A stretch of 60,207 bases of DNA, the filler included, from Dirinaria sp. TL-2023a (lineage: Eukaryota): assembly GCA_051941275.1 (NCBI GenBank). It is 3 parts of 3 records of this genome, joined end to end, with 100 filler letters (N's around TTAATTAATTAA, not from the genome) between each part and the next. Parts side by side here need not be neighbours in the genome. Positions count along the whole stretch, not along the records: positions 1 to 20,019 come from JAVEBF010000303.1; positions 20,120 to 40,117 come from JAVEBF010000304.1; 1 more part is not named here. The stretch is one strand, 5' to 3'. The notes under the pieces were generated by a model. The model was given only the letters and a program-made list of their open reading frames with translations. It was not told where the DNA came from and ran no database searches. Below are positions 14,422 to 28,216 of the stretch, piece by piece. The position numbers and the translations under genes are program-made. Positions within the stretch are counted from its first letter, which is position 1, and each line of letters opens with the position of its first letter.

Positions 14422-15117
14422 GAGGCGCACTCGCTGCTTGCTGCTTGCTTTTAACTCAAACTTAGACGGATATTTGGCAGAAGACAGTATGAAGATACCA
14501 AAGGAAGCATTATGTTTGGCCGACTGGTGTAGAGTTAGATTTATTCTGTAATTGCTATACCTACCATGAATAGAAAGACACTTGATGAGATTATGTACCT
14601 AAGTAGAGCAAATTCCAATGCATCAATACCTTACTCTTGAGCTCCTCACCCAGCTGCAGTGACCATGCAATACCTACATGTAGTTGCAGCATACCTGTAG
14701 GTAGATACTGTAAGGTAAGATTACTTTACTATAGAGCTGTCTTGATCACGTGATCAACTGGAGGCTTGGCAAGGGGAGCTGTTTGGGCCCAAGCTTTCTC
14801 TCAGGTATATTTGGCGCCAGCTTCAAGTTTTCGGGACAACAACAGTCAAAGCGGTCAACCCGACGATTATCAGGCTGCGACAGCCCTGTGGGCTTTCAAG
14901 CTAAGCTCACCTGCTTCTCTTTCTTCTTCTTTCTCTTCTCTCTTCACCATGAACCCAAATACAAAACTTCGAGACCTCAGGATCGTGTCACTCAATTTCG
15001 AGCGCGTTCGATTATCCCACCGGCTTGTTCAGACTCTCCAGTAATTTCGAGGTAGGCTTTCTACTGCTCCCTACCAGTACGGGCATCTTTGACGATCAAG
15101 TAAGTGAACCAGTCAAA

Positions 15118-15672
15118 ATGCCCGTCTATCTCGTCCATGGTTTCCGCTGGGGCCGCGTCAGCATCCGTCACCACGTTATCCTCAACAACGTCGACGGGGG
15201 CGCCCCCGAATACATCCAGAATCCCGACAGCGCCAAAGCGATCCTGGACTCTCTCAAAGTCAAGTACCCGGAGATCATGCGCGATACCCCCCCCCTCACG
15301 TTCATCGAGCAGTACGACCCCAATGATACAAGCTCCAAGGCGCAGAGCCAGCCGCACGCCTATGTTTGCGACATCGTATTCAAGGATGATCTCTCTATTT
15401 ATGTCAACGATGCGCAGGCTAAAGGCATGTCCGTCGGCGCGTGGCACGCCATGGCCGACCTGCGCGACAAGCTTGCTGATGGCTCGCCGATTGGCTGGTT
15501 CGTCGTGTACAATGGGGACGAGCATCGTGCTCAAGTTGAAGCATCGGTACGCCCGGGTGTAAGTGACGCCATCATGGCTCGATTTTAAGCATCCTTGTTC
15601 TCTCCGCCGCTGACAGCTCCGCAGTCGAAGAACGGGAAAAAGGGTCTGAGGAAGTTCTTCAGCAGATCCTAA
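15118..15672 (+). CDS. flbE: FlbE-like developmental regulator; short second exon
   Basis: MPVYLVHGFRW, APEYIQ, FIEQYDPND, SQPHAYV and IGWFVVYNGD match my recollection of Aspergillus FlbE (MPVYMLYGFRWPR..FIEQYDPED..IGWWIVYNGD). The intron from about 15547 to 15624 leads to SKNGKKGLRKFFSRS*. Confidence 0.85.
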
Positions 15673-16565
15673 GCATAAAGATGCACGAGGCCTGCGGACC
15701 AGCCATTTTGCTCTGGATTTTAAGATCGTGTAGTACAAAAACAGCAATTCGGTAGATGCTCCGAAGCTGCGATACGAAAAAGCCCACAATCAAAGCGTCT
15801 TTGAGATCCAAGACCGTTCCTCACTCCCCAAACGTGAGAATAGTTTGGCCAGCGCTAGGATGCGGCTTGACTGAAACACGGCCATGATATTCGTGCGTTT
15901 CCTCGTTTCTTCCTACTTTACTTTATATTTTGACTGCCCTACTTCGCCTATGTGCCATCGCTCCTCGCTTTTCGTGTTTGAACGCGACCCAAAGATTGCT
16001 CCCCCCACTTATCGACCTCGCTTTACACGAAGCCAATTTCCTACATTATTAACTCTAGATTGCCATGATCCAGCTTGAACCTTGTGACAAGCGAAGTGGC
16101 ATGTCACCCGTTCCACACGAAGATGCTGCTTTTACTACATGTCGCCTTTTTCAGTCCAGCCAGGTACTGTATAGCCGGTACCCACAGCCACGATCATATT
16201 CCCGTGCGACATGGGTGGATTTGCACAGTCTGAATCGGCTTCGATGGAAGGTGAGTGGTTTGCTTGAGGCATCTACATAACATACATGCAGACCTACCTT
16301 ACTTACAGTATTGTACCTACCTACAGTACATCCCTAAGGCCGGGCTTGGCTTTTACCTTGGCACCATGCACGGGCTCGCTCGGAAGTCTGGCGGCAACGC
16401 TACAGTACCTTACGTAAAGTACCTTATGGCCTCTTCAGCAAGTCTAGGGAGTCTAGGTGACTCTAAAGTCTGATCTCATCTGGGAATAATACTAAGGTAC
16501 CTTGCCTTACCTGACTTTAAACTCTGTGCCTGGCATCGCCACTGCCGGAAGGTACCTTAGTTGGT

Positions 16566-16599
16566 GCTTTGGGTCCGCTTTGGGTCCGCTTTGGGTCCG
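16566..16599. repeat. Three tandem copies of an 11-bp unit, GCTTTGGGTCC, upstream of gtaA
   Basis: Read directly: gctttgggtcc-gctttgggtcc-gctttgggtcc-g. Confidence 0.85.
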
Positions 16600-16927
16600 G
16601 ATTTCCCCTCTCAGGTTCCCTTTAGCTCATTGTCCAAATCGTCATGGTTGACCCCGCAAATAATGCAAACTGAATGCAATACTCCTCTCCTTCTATGCCT
16701 CTTTCGCCACATCTCTCCCGACTGGATCAACTTCCCGCCTCATCCCCGCAATTTGTTTGGTTGAGGCTCGGCTGGATTGCGTGGAGCTCTGTGCGAATCC
16801 TTTCGAGCTACTAGGAAACAAGTAATCATGGCAGCATTGAAAAAGATGGAGCCCGCTCTTCACACTCTCCCAGACTGGAGCTCATCCGTCCGAGCTTCTT
16901 GTTACTGCGCGCTCATACTAAACAACA

Positions 16928-19562
16928 ATGTGGACAACGTCTCTGCTTGCGCTCGCTTTGGCGACCCTTGCCTTTTGTCAAGACCCATATACCAGTGTAA
17001 AGGATGCTAATGGGTGCGAAAAGTTCCTATGCACCCTGACCTCTGCCATATGCTCATGCCTTCGACAGGAATCCATTGCCGGCCTATTCGCCAGCGCGTC
17101 CACCAGCGATCCCGCTCGCAGTGAGGAGCCCTTACACCAATGCTTGGAGCTCGACTTCTATGAACGGAACTCTCAATACCAATGGCGTGATCTATTGGTG
17201 TGTCAAAAATCGCTTTCCTGCTTGCGCGTCTTGATTAACCGTTTCCCGCAGGCCTGGAACCCCTCTTGGCTGGGAAGGCGTATGTGTATCCGAACGCGAT
17301 GGCTGTGCGCTGAGTGTAACATGATCCTAGATTGTCACTGTTGATGGGACGTCCTATGAGTATCTCGGCACTGGATCGCAGAATTTGCCCTCTCTGCCGT
17401 CACTGAAGCCTGCCAAACCGTTGACCGTCTCTTATGATTCGCAATACTCAAATTTTACCTTTGCGGCTGGACCGGTTGAAGTAACAGCGAGCTTTCTGTC
17501 GTCCGTGTTGCCAAAAGACTTGTGCCGCACCAGCATTCCCTTGAGCTATTTAACAACAAGCGTGAGAGCTCTCGACAACAGGACCCATAGCGTACAGTTC
17601 TACAGCGACGTCAACGCAGCCTGGGTCGCGTCTGAATCGAATGTGACTACACAATGGTCGTTGTACGAAGGTGCCAACTCAATCAATGGCACAGGTAATT
17701 CCACCACCGGTAACAGCTCTTCGGTCTACAGTTGGTAAGCTATGATACAATGCGTCCTGAGAATATGGCTGACGCTCACTTTGAGGTTTGTATATTTACA
17801 AAAACCCTACGAGTTCGCAGAAGAGGCAGACGTTCCGTTGTGGGGCAATTTTACCTATTCCTCTACGCAGTTGAGCGCGCAGAATTTTACATATCAGAGC
17901 GGTTTCTCAACCAATCTTCGATTTCAGTATGTGATGGACCAATCATTACAAGATGTCGTTGATTCAGACTACCGACCATTCGCGACCCGCGAACCCGTTT
18001 TTGCATACGCGCACAATTTCGGTAAGGTTTCATCTGCCTCGGTGAGATACTCGATTGGTTCTGTTCAGCAACCTTCCATTCGCTACTTGACCTCCGCCGG
18101 CGTGGTACCCTTGCAGCCATGGTGGATGAAATGCTACGGGGACATATTTCAAATGATCAACTTTCATTACAACGACTTTAACCAGACTCAGGTACCAGCA
18201 TCTCAATTTGAGGCTCAGCTCAAAGCCGATGTAAACTCATACTACGGTGCCAACATGGCGACAATTTTCAGTAATAGCACGCCAGCAACCCCTCCTGTTT
18301 GGTCCAATGGTTCTATGGGTTACAATGGGACGGACCAATTTTCGGATCAGTATATCTTTGATCCTAACAACGGTTACGGCTTCCTTGAGCCAACGAACTT
18401 CAGCGGTATCGCGATTCCAGATGTTCAGGAAGCTGAGGCCTACTACTCAATCGTTGCGCTTTCCGCACGCCAGGTAATGGGTGCTTACGTCTTCACAATC
18501 CCACCCTCCCGCGGTTGTTCGAACACGAGCTCCAACATGTCTGAGCCGTTGATGTTCCAGAAGGAAATTTCCTCGGACGGGAATGTGAACACTGTTGATG
18601 TCATGTTTCCGGGGATGCCCTTTTTCCTCTACGCGAATCCAGATCTTCTCAGATACAACTTGGAGCCGCTCTACCAAAACCAGGAGGGCGGCTTCTATCC
18701 CAATGAATACAGCATGCATGACCTCGGCACACACTATCCAAACGCTACCGGGCACGTTGAAGGCGATGATGAGTATATGCCGGTCGAGGAAAGCGGCAAT
18801 ATGATTATCATGACCTATGCTTACTTCAAATTCTCCGGCGACTCGGCTTTCATTCGCCAGCACTATGCCAAATTAAAACAATTTGCGACATACCTGATCA
18901 ACTTTTCACTGACTCCCGGTCTCCAACTGAGCACTGACGATTTCGCTGGCGAATTGGTCAATCAGACGAACCTGGCAATCAAGGGGATTGTTGGCTTGCA
19001 AGCAATGTCGAACATGGCAACCATTGCCGGCGACACAGCATCTGCTCAGAACTACAGCTCCACAGCGTCAAGCTTCTACAAGCAATGGGAAGAGTTCGCC
19101 ATCGATCCCTCCGGGCGCCACACAGTCCTGTCCTACCAATGGCGGTCATCGTACGGCCTCCTCTATAACACCTTTCCGAACCTGCTCCTCGACCTGAACC
19201 TGATCCCGCAGTCGCTGTACGACATGCAGTCCGACTGGTACCCGACCGTGAGCCAGATCTTCGGCGTGCCCCTCGACAACCGCCACACCTACACGAAATC
19301 GGACTGGGAGATGTGGACCGCCGCCACCTGCGCGCCCGAGACGCGCCGCCTGTTCGTCACCGCCCTCGGTTACTGGCTGAACCAGACGAGCACCGATCGC
19401 CCGCTCACAGACCTGTACGAGACCATCGATTCAGGCTCCTACCCGGCTTCTCCCGCGCCGATCTATTTCATCGCCAGGCCTACCGTGGGGGGCCATTACT
19501 CGCTGCTGTCGCTTCTGAGGCGGGATCAGATCGGTGGAGGATATAATGCTACCTCGTCATGA
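16928..19562 (+). CDS. gtaA: Secreted glutaminase A (GtaA family), multi-exon
   Basis: Signal peptide MWTTSLLALALATLAFC; PARPPAIPLAVRSPYTNAWS, FQKEISSDGNVNTVDV, HDLGTHYPNATGH, MPVEESGNM, QLSTDDFAG, YTKSDWEMW and FIARPTVGGHY. Confidence 0.92.
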
Positions 19563-19836
19563 AAAAAAAGTTTTTTTTAGGCGATGATTTTTTTGATATC
19601 ATAGCATCAGCATATAGGATATAATCATGAAAAACGACTCTAGACACTCGCCACTTATCATCCATACCAGGAGAGAGATCGCAATTTTTTCCTTTTTCTT
19701 GGTGACATCGTTTGTATCGAATAATGGCAAACATATCAGATGTCGGACCAAAGCGGCTACCTCTCAAAATTGAATCCCCGACCTTCACACCCACCCACCC
19801 ATAACTCCTCCCTCATCACTTTCCATTTGAATCGCG

Positions 19837-19986
19837 TTACGTTAGTTTCTGCTTGATGAAAAACGCCCGCAGGTGGGACAGCTGCCACGCGCACGTGATG
19901 CCCAGCACCACGAGCTGCAGCAGCGTCCAGCGCACGACGCGCGCGTTCGTCGACTCGGACTGGTCCCGGAACTCGGCTTCGCGCTC
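19837..19986 (-). CDS. Last exon of an emp24/gp25L/p24 family cargo receptor; the rest is cut off by the contig end
   Basis: Not in the ORF track. After a GCTAAT..ACAG acceptor it reads [49 protein letters not shown]: p24 coiled coil, transmembrane helix and FFxKxKxx tail. Confidence 0.9.
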   Translation of the reverse strand, partial: EREAEFRDQSESTNARVVRWTLLQLVVLGITCAWQLSHLRAFFIKQKLT

Positions 19987-20019
19987 CTGTTGTATACACA
20001 TACCATTAGCCCCCAAAAC

Positions 20020-20119
20020 NNNNNNNNNNNNNNNNNNNNNNNNNNNNNNNNNNNNNNNNNNNNTTAATTAATTAANNNNNNNNNNNNNNNNNNNNNNNNN
20101 NNNNNNNNNNNNNNNNNNN
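20020..20119. other. Artificial contig-joining linker (N44-TTAATTAATTAA-N44)
   Basis: Exactly 100 nt with a core giving stops in all six frames; identical to the linker at 40118-40217. Confidence 0.98.
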
Positions 20120-20510
20120 GAATTCATGCAGTATGTGAACACAACCAGGGCAGGTGTGGCGCGATGAGTTGTTCCAATGCAAGTTCTACCCAAGAGCTCT
20201 CTGCGCTCCTATATTATGATGGCGGCTCTTTTCTTGCTGACGTACCCCTTTCAGGGCAGAGACGTCTCTAGAAGTCGAGCCTCGCATCCTCGATCCTCGA
20301 TCCCCAACTCTCGGACACCGCAACCGTTATCAATGCCCTTGTCCTTTCCATAAAAAACGAATTCAGCGCTTCGGCTATTACACTCGCATCGCCTGTTCGA
20401 ATACTTTGCTGGAAATATGCCAGGTAATACACGAAGCTGATGCAAGGCTGATCATGGACCGACTGAGGAGTGCCTGGTGTACATACACCCGGGGAGGGAT
20501 AGTTCGATGA
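20120..20510 (+). CDS. Possible 3' end of an unidentified spliced gene truncated by the contig start
   Basis: EFMQYVNTTRGR is followed by a GT..GCTGAC..TTTCAG intron (about 20155-20253) that restores frame into AETSLEVEPRILDP..CPCPFH..GGIVR*. No family recognised. Confidence 0.3.
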
Positions 20511-20926
20511 CTCATGGGTTTGCTTGAAGAGAAACAAAAAACTCGGATTTGAAGTGGAGGAGTAGCAAGAGAGAGAGAATGTGTGTGCGATTTTCCCACG
20601 CAAAAAAAAAGAAGAGGGGCCAATAGGTTGTGCAATTGGCTATCTAGGCAGCTTGGGGTTTGGAAAACCTCCACAAGCCAACCGCCATACAGTCACGATT
20701 TTAAATCGTGGGTATATATCTAAGTAGAAGACAAAACCAATCAAGTGTATCAAACCGCCCGCTATGCATTGTGTTGAAAGTGCAAGAATCTAAATCAGAA
20801 TATTCGCTTGCCCCCACTCGATCCTTTAACGCAAACCATGGTCTATGTGTGGAACATAACCCATTTATCATCATCCGTTCGTTACCCCCATTAGCGGTCG
20901 CTTTTTTTCTCTCTCTTTTTTTTTTT

Positions 20927-22510
20927 TTACACAGGCAAGGGGAATGTTGACGCCCAACCAGCGATCTCCCGTTTCAGATTGTTGATCTTTTCGACCTGGC
21001 CGCTGGCGACGACCTTCTTGAAGTCCTTCAATTTATTATCCGGCTTCGGTAGGCTGGCCTGGACTTCTTTGCAGAGGTTGACGCAGGCATCAATATACCC
21101 TGCTATCCTTTCGAAATCTTGCTCGCCCATGCCCCGCGTTGACATTGCAGGTGCACCGATCCGGATGCCGCAGGGCGTCAACGCCGACTTGTCGCCTGGG
21201 ATCGAGTTCTTGTTGCAGGCGATGTTCACCTGCTCCAACACCGCCTCGACTCGGGCGCCATCGAGGGAGTGAGGTCTCAGATCCAGGAGCACCATGTGCG
21301 AATCGGTGCCGTCGGCAACAAGCTTGTATCCTCGGCGCTTGAACTCATGTTCCAGGGCCTTGGCATTCTTGATTACCTGTTCCTGATACAGCCTGAACTC
21401 GGGAGTGGTGGCTTGCTTCAAAGCGACCGCCAGGGCGGTAATGGTGTGGTTGTGGGGCCCACCCTGGTGACCTGGGAAGACGGAGAAATTGATAGGGCCT
21501 TCGAGATCGTATAGCACTTCTTTACCGGTCTTGGGGTCACTCCGGCGAACTCCCTTCCTGTAGAAGATCATGGCGCCTCGCGGGCCCCGCAAGCTCTTGT
21601 GCGTCGTTGTGGTGACTATGTCAGCATGCTCAAACGGACTGGGGATGACGCCAGCGGAGATCAAGCCGGATATGTGCGCCATGTCAACCACCAGGTAAGC
21701 GCCGCAGAGGTCAGCAATTTCCCGCATACGAGCGTAATCGATGAGACGGCAGTATGCAGAGGTGCCGGCTACAATGGTCTTTGGCCGGTACATCAGGGCA
21801 TTGTGCTCTAGTGCTTCATAGTCGATAAGCCCAGTCTCAAGAGACACGCGATAGGGAAAGGTTTCGAAGTATGTAGAAACAGCGGAGATTCTGGATGGCG
21901 TCAATGAGGATTGTGGGAGCGGTAGTTTTAACATTTCCTAGAGCTTACTTTCTCTGCGGCGTTTGGTAGCCGTGACTCAGATGCCCTCCGTGTGGCAGAT
22001 CCAGGCCCATCAGACGATCATGCGGTCTCATGATAGCCTGGTAGACCTGCAGATTCGCTGGGCTTCCACTCAGCGTCTGCACGTTAACACCCCACTTCTC
22101 TGGATCAAGTTTGAATGCCGCTAGAGCCCTAGCTTGGCAAGTTAATTCAATAGCGTCAATGAATTGATTGCCACCGTAGTATCGAGCACCGGGATATCCT
22201 TCGGAGTATTTGTTGGACATAGGCGAGCCCAGAGCGTCGAAGACAGGACGTGATGTGAAGTTTTCGGAAGCGATGAGAACAATTGATTCTCGCTGACGCT
22301 GGATTTCTTGTTCCTGGAACGACGATTATTACGGAAATGAACGTGGAAATGAGGGGAGCAAACCATGATTGCCGCTATCTCGGGATCTGTCTCTACTAGA
22401 GATTTGTGGAGCATCTATCGAGATGTTAGCCAAGCTGTTCTTAGAAAGTTGGATCTGTCGAATTCAAGACTCACGTCCTTGTGGGACTCGGGGAGAGCGT
22501 AGGATGCCAT
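20927..22510 (-). CDS. SHM2: Serine hydroxymethyltransferase, cytosolic type; 4 exons
   Basis: [46 protein letters not shown] site [13 protein letters not shown] and [11 protein letters not shown]. The N-terminus ([12 protein letters not shown]) has no mitochondrial presequence. Confidence 0.97.
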
Positions 22511-23044
22511 CTTGAATGATAGAATAGTGGAGAGTCTGTGATTGAGGCGATGAGAGGTTTGAAAGAGAGATGTTTTCCTTGGGATGGAGGAAAATGGAAG
22601 GGTAAGTGGCGAAAAGACCTGAGTTCGATTATGTCTTTCATGCACAAGATAAACGCTAAACCCTTTTGAGTTGCCTGTATCGATTAGGAGACGCTAGTCC
22701 GACTACCTTACTGTTTGTCCCTTCATCCTGCATGTTGACTCGTAAGTGCTGTGCAGGGTAGAACTTTATGGAACGTTACCCGGTGCCTCTTGCTAGCATT
22801 CTATCAATTGGCATTGCGTTGCATTCTTAGCAACCGATGCTGTCTCCAGAATACCGTAAAACGTCACGTATAATTTCTCCCACCAACCAACTTGTCCTAC
22901 GGAGAAACGCGTGACATAATCCGCCCAAGGAATTCTTTTCACTTGTTGAAGGTCCACTCGATATGCGAGAGCATGGTGTTACTCGGAGACACGTCCTGAG
23001 TATGCTAATATCTGCGACTGTGACCTTGGACCTCTGATTTCGCC

Positions 23045-26000
23045 ATGGAGACGCCTTCGCGTCCCCAAAATCCCCATCAGTCAACTCGTGTACCCGGAGG
23101 ATTCGAGACGGACGAAGAGCTTTCCCCAATTAAGACAGCCTTCAGCGATGATGATCATCAACAAAAGCATCACGAAAGTCAGCAAGCAGGATCCGCCGCC
23201 AGTGCCGGCGTGGTGGAGGACAACAGCATGATTACTAGCTCAAGTGAAGATGGAGGAATACATCTACAAGAGGACGAAAGCACACTTGAGGAAAGAGAAA
23301 TACGGAAAAAGTTGTTGGAAGAAGATTCCACATTTTTGCCGCCGCTTTCGCCTTTCGCAGGCTCTGGACGATATGATACATTGACGTCCGGTGCCGCCTT
23401 ACATAGCTTCGTTACTCCGAACAGGTCATACGCGGATGATGACATCTCACAGGAATCAATAGAGAGTGCGTCGGGGGTGTACCAAACACCAGCGCCAGGT
23501 CGGCAACCTTCGCCACAAAAACAGGTATCTGGTGGAGACGAAGCTGCCGCATCATCTCCGGACCTAGCGTCCTCTTCGCCCACAGTCAAGGCTGCTGCAA
23601 GGAAGCCATCTCGGCCGACATCTGCTGCATCTACAGAGGGCTACAAGACTGCATACGATGAGCAGCAAGGATCGGAAGTTGCCAATGATTTCGCAGAAGA
23701 GGATCCTACACCCCGGAAAGTTACACCACCACCAGTATCCTCCGCTTCGCAACCCGCTGGGTCCCCAACACCGACGAAGCGAGAGAGTTTCCATAGCGCA
23801 GACGCAAGCTCCAGCACCAATGTCACTGATACGGACGCCAGCCCGTTACGACGCAAACGACCAAACTTTCTACACTCTCGGGTATCTACTCAGAAGTCCT
23901 CGTTCTCTACATACACAATAGTTTCCACAGAGGCCGGCAGCGATGCAACGCTCGGTGCAGACTATGCACTGCAAACAGGTGGTGCTGCACCTTTTGGGAG
24001 TTCGACAAGCAGCAGACCACGCATTGATTATTCAAGGACGACAAGCCTTGGGAGCATGGTCTCTGGAATCTCTGGTATTAGTGACGAAGATTCCATCAAA
24101 CCGCGTTCTGGACCCCTAGAGGAGATGCGAACTGTAAGCGAAGAGGATCCCTCCATCACGCGGACGGAAGACTTTGCAGAGCCTGAGACTCCTAGAGTGG
24201 CTAGCACGTCGACAGAGATACCGACTGACACTGTACTTGCCCGGCGGGTCAATGACGTTGAGGTACCTGCAACAGCAGCTCGCGAGTACCGTAGTCTTCA
24301 TGGGCCTTCGTCTCCTGACAAGCGTGGAGCACCCACTCCTTCAATCACTCGTAACGGGCGAAATCTCACACTCAAGGAGCAAAGTGGTACAATCGATCGT
24401 CTGACCAAAGAAAACTTCGATCTGAAAATGAAAATAACATTTCTGAATGACTCACTTAACAAGAGATCGCCTGAAGGCGTTGCAAGTCTCGTGAATGAAA
24501 ACGCCGATTTGAAGGCCAGCAAAGTCACTTCTGCCAAGGAAATCCGTGATCTGAAGCGATCCATTAGAGACCTTGAGCGATCACTGAGAAGCAAAGAGCA
24601 GGAATTTGCCGCAGAGGTGCGAAAAGCAAAGGAAGAGACGGAACAAGCGGCTTCCGACGCTCATGTTAATCAGGAGATGGAGGAAGAGCTCCTTTTCCTG
24701 CGAGATCGAGTCATCTCGTACGACGTGGAGATCGAGAGGATGCGGCATGAGAGCCTCGTGCGAGAAGGGGAGAAGAAGAGAATGGCTGATATACTTCAAA
24801 GTAGACGCAGCGGCGCTAGTGACGCCGGACTACGCGAGGAAGTAGTAAGTACAGTTCCGACCGATGCACTTTGCTTTCGCTCAAAGGATACATCTAGGAC
24901 ATGTGGAAAGACCAACTTGAGACCGAGACCGCACTTCGCGAACAAGCGGACGAGGAGAACAAGAAGCTGCGAGAAGAGATTTGGCGATTGGAGAACGAGA
25001 ATCCCTCGGAGCAGCAGCATCTCAGCAATGGCTATCATCCTTCCGAAACCTCTAGCCATAGGTTTGAACAAGTAGATATCTCGATTGCTTCGAGCAAGAC
25101 TCTGATTGATCTCGTCGGGAAGTTGAGACATGACAATGCAGCGCTCCACCGAGAGGTTGCTGCACAATTGAACATGCTGACCTCGCGCAATCGCGAAAAG
25201 CAAACCCTTGATCAAGAAATCGAAGAGCTGAAGCTAGCTGCACGCCGAGAAGGTACTCGATCGATGGCGGGCGACAGCATCTTTGAACGATCGGTTTCAC
25301 GTGCTCATGGGCGCTCTATCTCGCGGCACAGCAATGCAACGCGGATAACCCAATTGAGCGACAGCGAACGTGATAGTTATGAAAACAGAATAGGGCAATT
25401 ACGGGACAAGAATGCCCAACTCGAAATAGAGGTTCAAGACGTTACGCGAGGTCTAAACACTTGCCTGAATGAGCTTGAACAACTGGATACGATGAGGAAT
25501 GATCATCAAAATCTACAGCAACTTTACGAAACCGACATTGAGCAAGCTACCCAGGATCTCCAGACAATGCAGGCTGAACGAGACGAAGCTTTGAGAGTAC
25601 AAGAAGATCTCGAGGCTGATCTTCAAAACCTTCAAAATGAGGCGGAGGGAAAGATCGCTTCCTTGGCAGAAGAGCTGGAGAGCAAAGACCTGGAAACTCG
25701 GCGTCTCGATGGCGAGCTCGGCGGCAGAGGTGAGGACTTAGAAGCCTTACGATTTGAGTTTACCAAAACAAGTGAGGTGGTGATTCGTTTAGAAGATGAC
25801 ATGAATATTAAAGCCGCGAGGATGGCTGAGATGGAGCAAGAAATTGAATGTATGAATGAGGAGATGGATACTGCTCGAGATGAATACAACAGTCTTCAAA
25901 GCAAGAATGATCGCGTCACCGTCCAGCATGAGTCCCTACAGAAAGAGATCGCTTTCCTTCGCGAAGAGCAAGACAGCGATAAGATACGGATCGGAGATCT

Positions 26001-27471
26001 CCAAGCCGAGTTGACCAGCGAAAGAGATCGAGCTAAGGAGCTTGACAGCAGGCTTGCTCAAGAAAAGCACCAACGAGAAGTCATCGACAGCAAAGAAAAA
26101 CGTGAGCTGCAGCGTATCATGGACGAGCTAAACCACGAAGTCTCGGATGGCAAGGCGGAGACCCGGGAACTCCGACAAAGCCTGCAGTCGCGCGAAGTCG
26201 AAGTCACGACTTTCAAAGAACGGCTCTCAGAATGGGAAAGCAACCTCCGCGAGATATTGGGCGAACCAGATGGAACACGCTCAAGCCTGCTCACCTCCAT
26301 CACCCGGCTCCAGAAAGAACTCGACAGTACTGCGTCGGAGCTCGACTCCACCAAAACCACGCTCTCCCAGAAAGAACACCTGCTGCGCGCCCGTGACTCC
26401 CTCCTTGAATCCCACGGACTCGAATCCAAGAAACTGTCGGAGCTCCTCGACCGTGAGCGCCAGGCGCGCCGCAGTGACAAAGCCCAACATGAGCAATGGC
26501 AGAAAACCCATCAACATACATCCCGCACCGTCACCCAGAAAGACCAACGTATCACCGAGCTTGAGCATAGCCGGCAGTCAGACCGTAAGAAGATCGCCTC
26601 TCTCGAGACAACCTTCCGAGAGAAGATCGACGAGCGGAACCAACTGCTGCTGACGCTGTGGAACAAAATGGCCCCCATGTGCGGCTCGGACTGGCAGCAC
26701 CACAACGCGCTGGTCAACAACCACCTGCCCACTCTCGAAGTCGTATCCTCGCAATTGCCGGCCTTCACCAAGAGCCTGCTCAACGCCGTCCGCACCGTCG
26801 AGGGTCTGCTGCTCGGCTTCAGCGGCAAAATCAACACCATCGAGCGCGATCTCTGGAAAGAGTACCAAAGCCTAGAAACCGCACACGACACACAAATCAA
26901 GAAACTGGACAAGCTTGAAGCCAGCGTGCAAGCGAACCGCGTCAGCGGCACCTTCAGCGCCGCGCCCGAGATCGCCAAACTCCGCGGCGAAAACCGCCTG
27001 CTGAAGAGCGAGATCGCAGTCCTCCAGAAACAGGACCTGCACGCGCGCACGTCACGAGCCGTGTCTTCTTCCTCCCCATCATCCTCGTCCCCGTCGAAGC
27101 AAAACCCTTCCTCAACAGCGGCACCGGCCCCGACGCTAGCAAGGCATTTCTCCTCGTCGGCAGTCGAATCGCTGAATCCGCCCCCCTTGCACCGTTCCGT
27201 CACGCTCGGCAATGTCTCCTCGAATAACGATCATAATCAGCACCCACATCATCATCCGCTATCGCAGATCCCGCCGCAGAGTCAGCCCTTGGAACCGAGT
27301 CAGCAGCGGTTGATCCTCAGACTGAGGGAGCTGGAGCGCAGGTTGAAGGCGGAGCGGGAAGCGAGGTTGCTGGACCGCACGGCGGCACGGAAGAGGTTGG
27401 AGGAAGGGATGGAGGTCAACGAGCAATTGAGGGGCGAGCTGGAGAGGGAGAGGGGTCGTAAGGGACGGTAA
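23045..27471 (+). CDS. apsB: MTOC/spindle-pole-body gamma-tubulin complex receptor, ApsB/Mto1 family; one intron at about 24845-24897
   Basis: CM1 (Cnn_1N) motif LTLKEQSGTIDRLTKENFDLKMKITFL, long coiled coils and the C-terminal motif RLRELERRLKAEREARLLDR. Confidence 0.9.
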
Positions 27472-28216
27472 GGTAGGTAAGGTAGATTTGCGGCGTATAA
27501 AGGTGGGAAAGGGTTTGGTGTTGGGAGTTTTTGATCGGGATGGTGTCGGTGGGCAAGCAATGCATGCATGCGTAGGATGACTGTATAAGCTGGTCAAATT
27601 TCATGATTGGGCGCTGGCTGGCAGGCTCATCGATTCGATGTAATTTGATCATGATTCGTGCACTCGTACACAATATTCTTAACAACTACCTACTTTACAC
27701 CACCGATACTCTGCTTCAGCCCCTCCTTCCCGCCTCTCTCCGCCAAACCAGGTAGGTAGGTAGTACATCCTCTTTTCTCCTTCCCAGCCTGCCTGGCCTC
27801 CCGAAAATAGAAAGAGTAAGTACCTAAACCCCTCCTCGGAGAGGGGGGAAGAGAAGATTCTTTGGTATTTATGCTGTTCAAACTGCTAACGTTTTAAAAA
27901 AACGTATATAGTTGGATTGGAAGAAATTTTGGAACGGGGGGTTCAAATAGGTAGGTAAGTGGAGCGCAAACTCTTGCACTTTTACCGGATTTTTTCTATG
28001 GTATTTGTGTGTGTTGCGACGAAATTGTGTGAGAACTGAGGCTAAGCGAGCAAGGGCATGCTTTCTTGCTGAGATCATTATATCGTATTGATGATCGAGA
28101 TTGTCGCTGGAGAAAGCGGCCTGGGAAAAGCATAATATACATGTGTAGATACACAGAACCCTTTATGATGGGGGGGGGGGGCGCAACGCTCCTTGACTCG
28201 GCTACCACCTCAGCGA

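Noticed and set aside
20064..20075. Palindromic TTAATTAATTAA between N runs (also at 40162-40173)
   Set aside because: Synthetic six-frame-stop spacer, not biological sequence.
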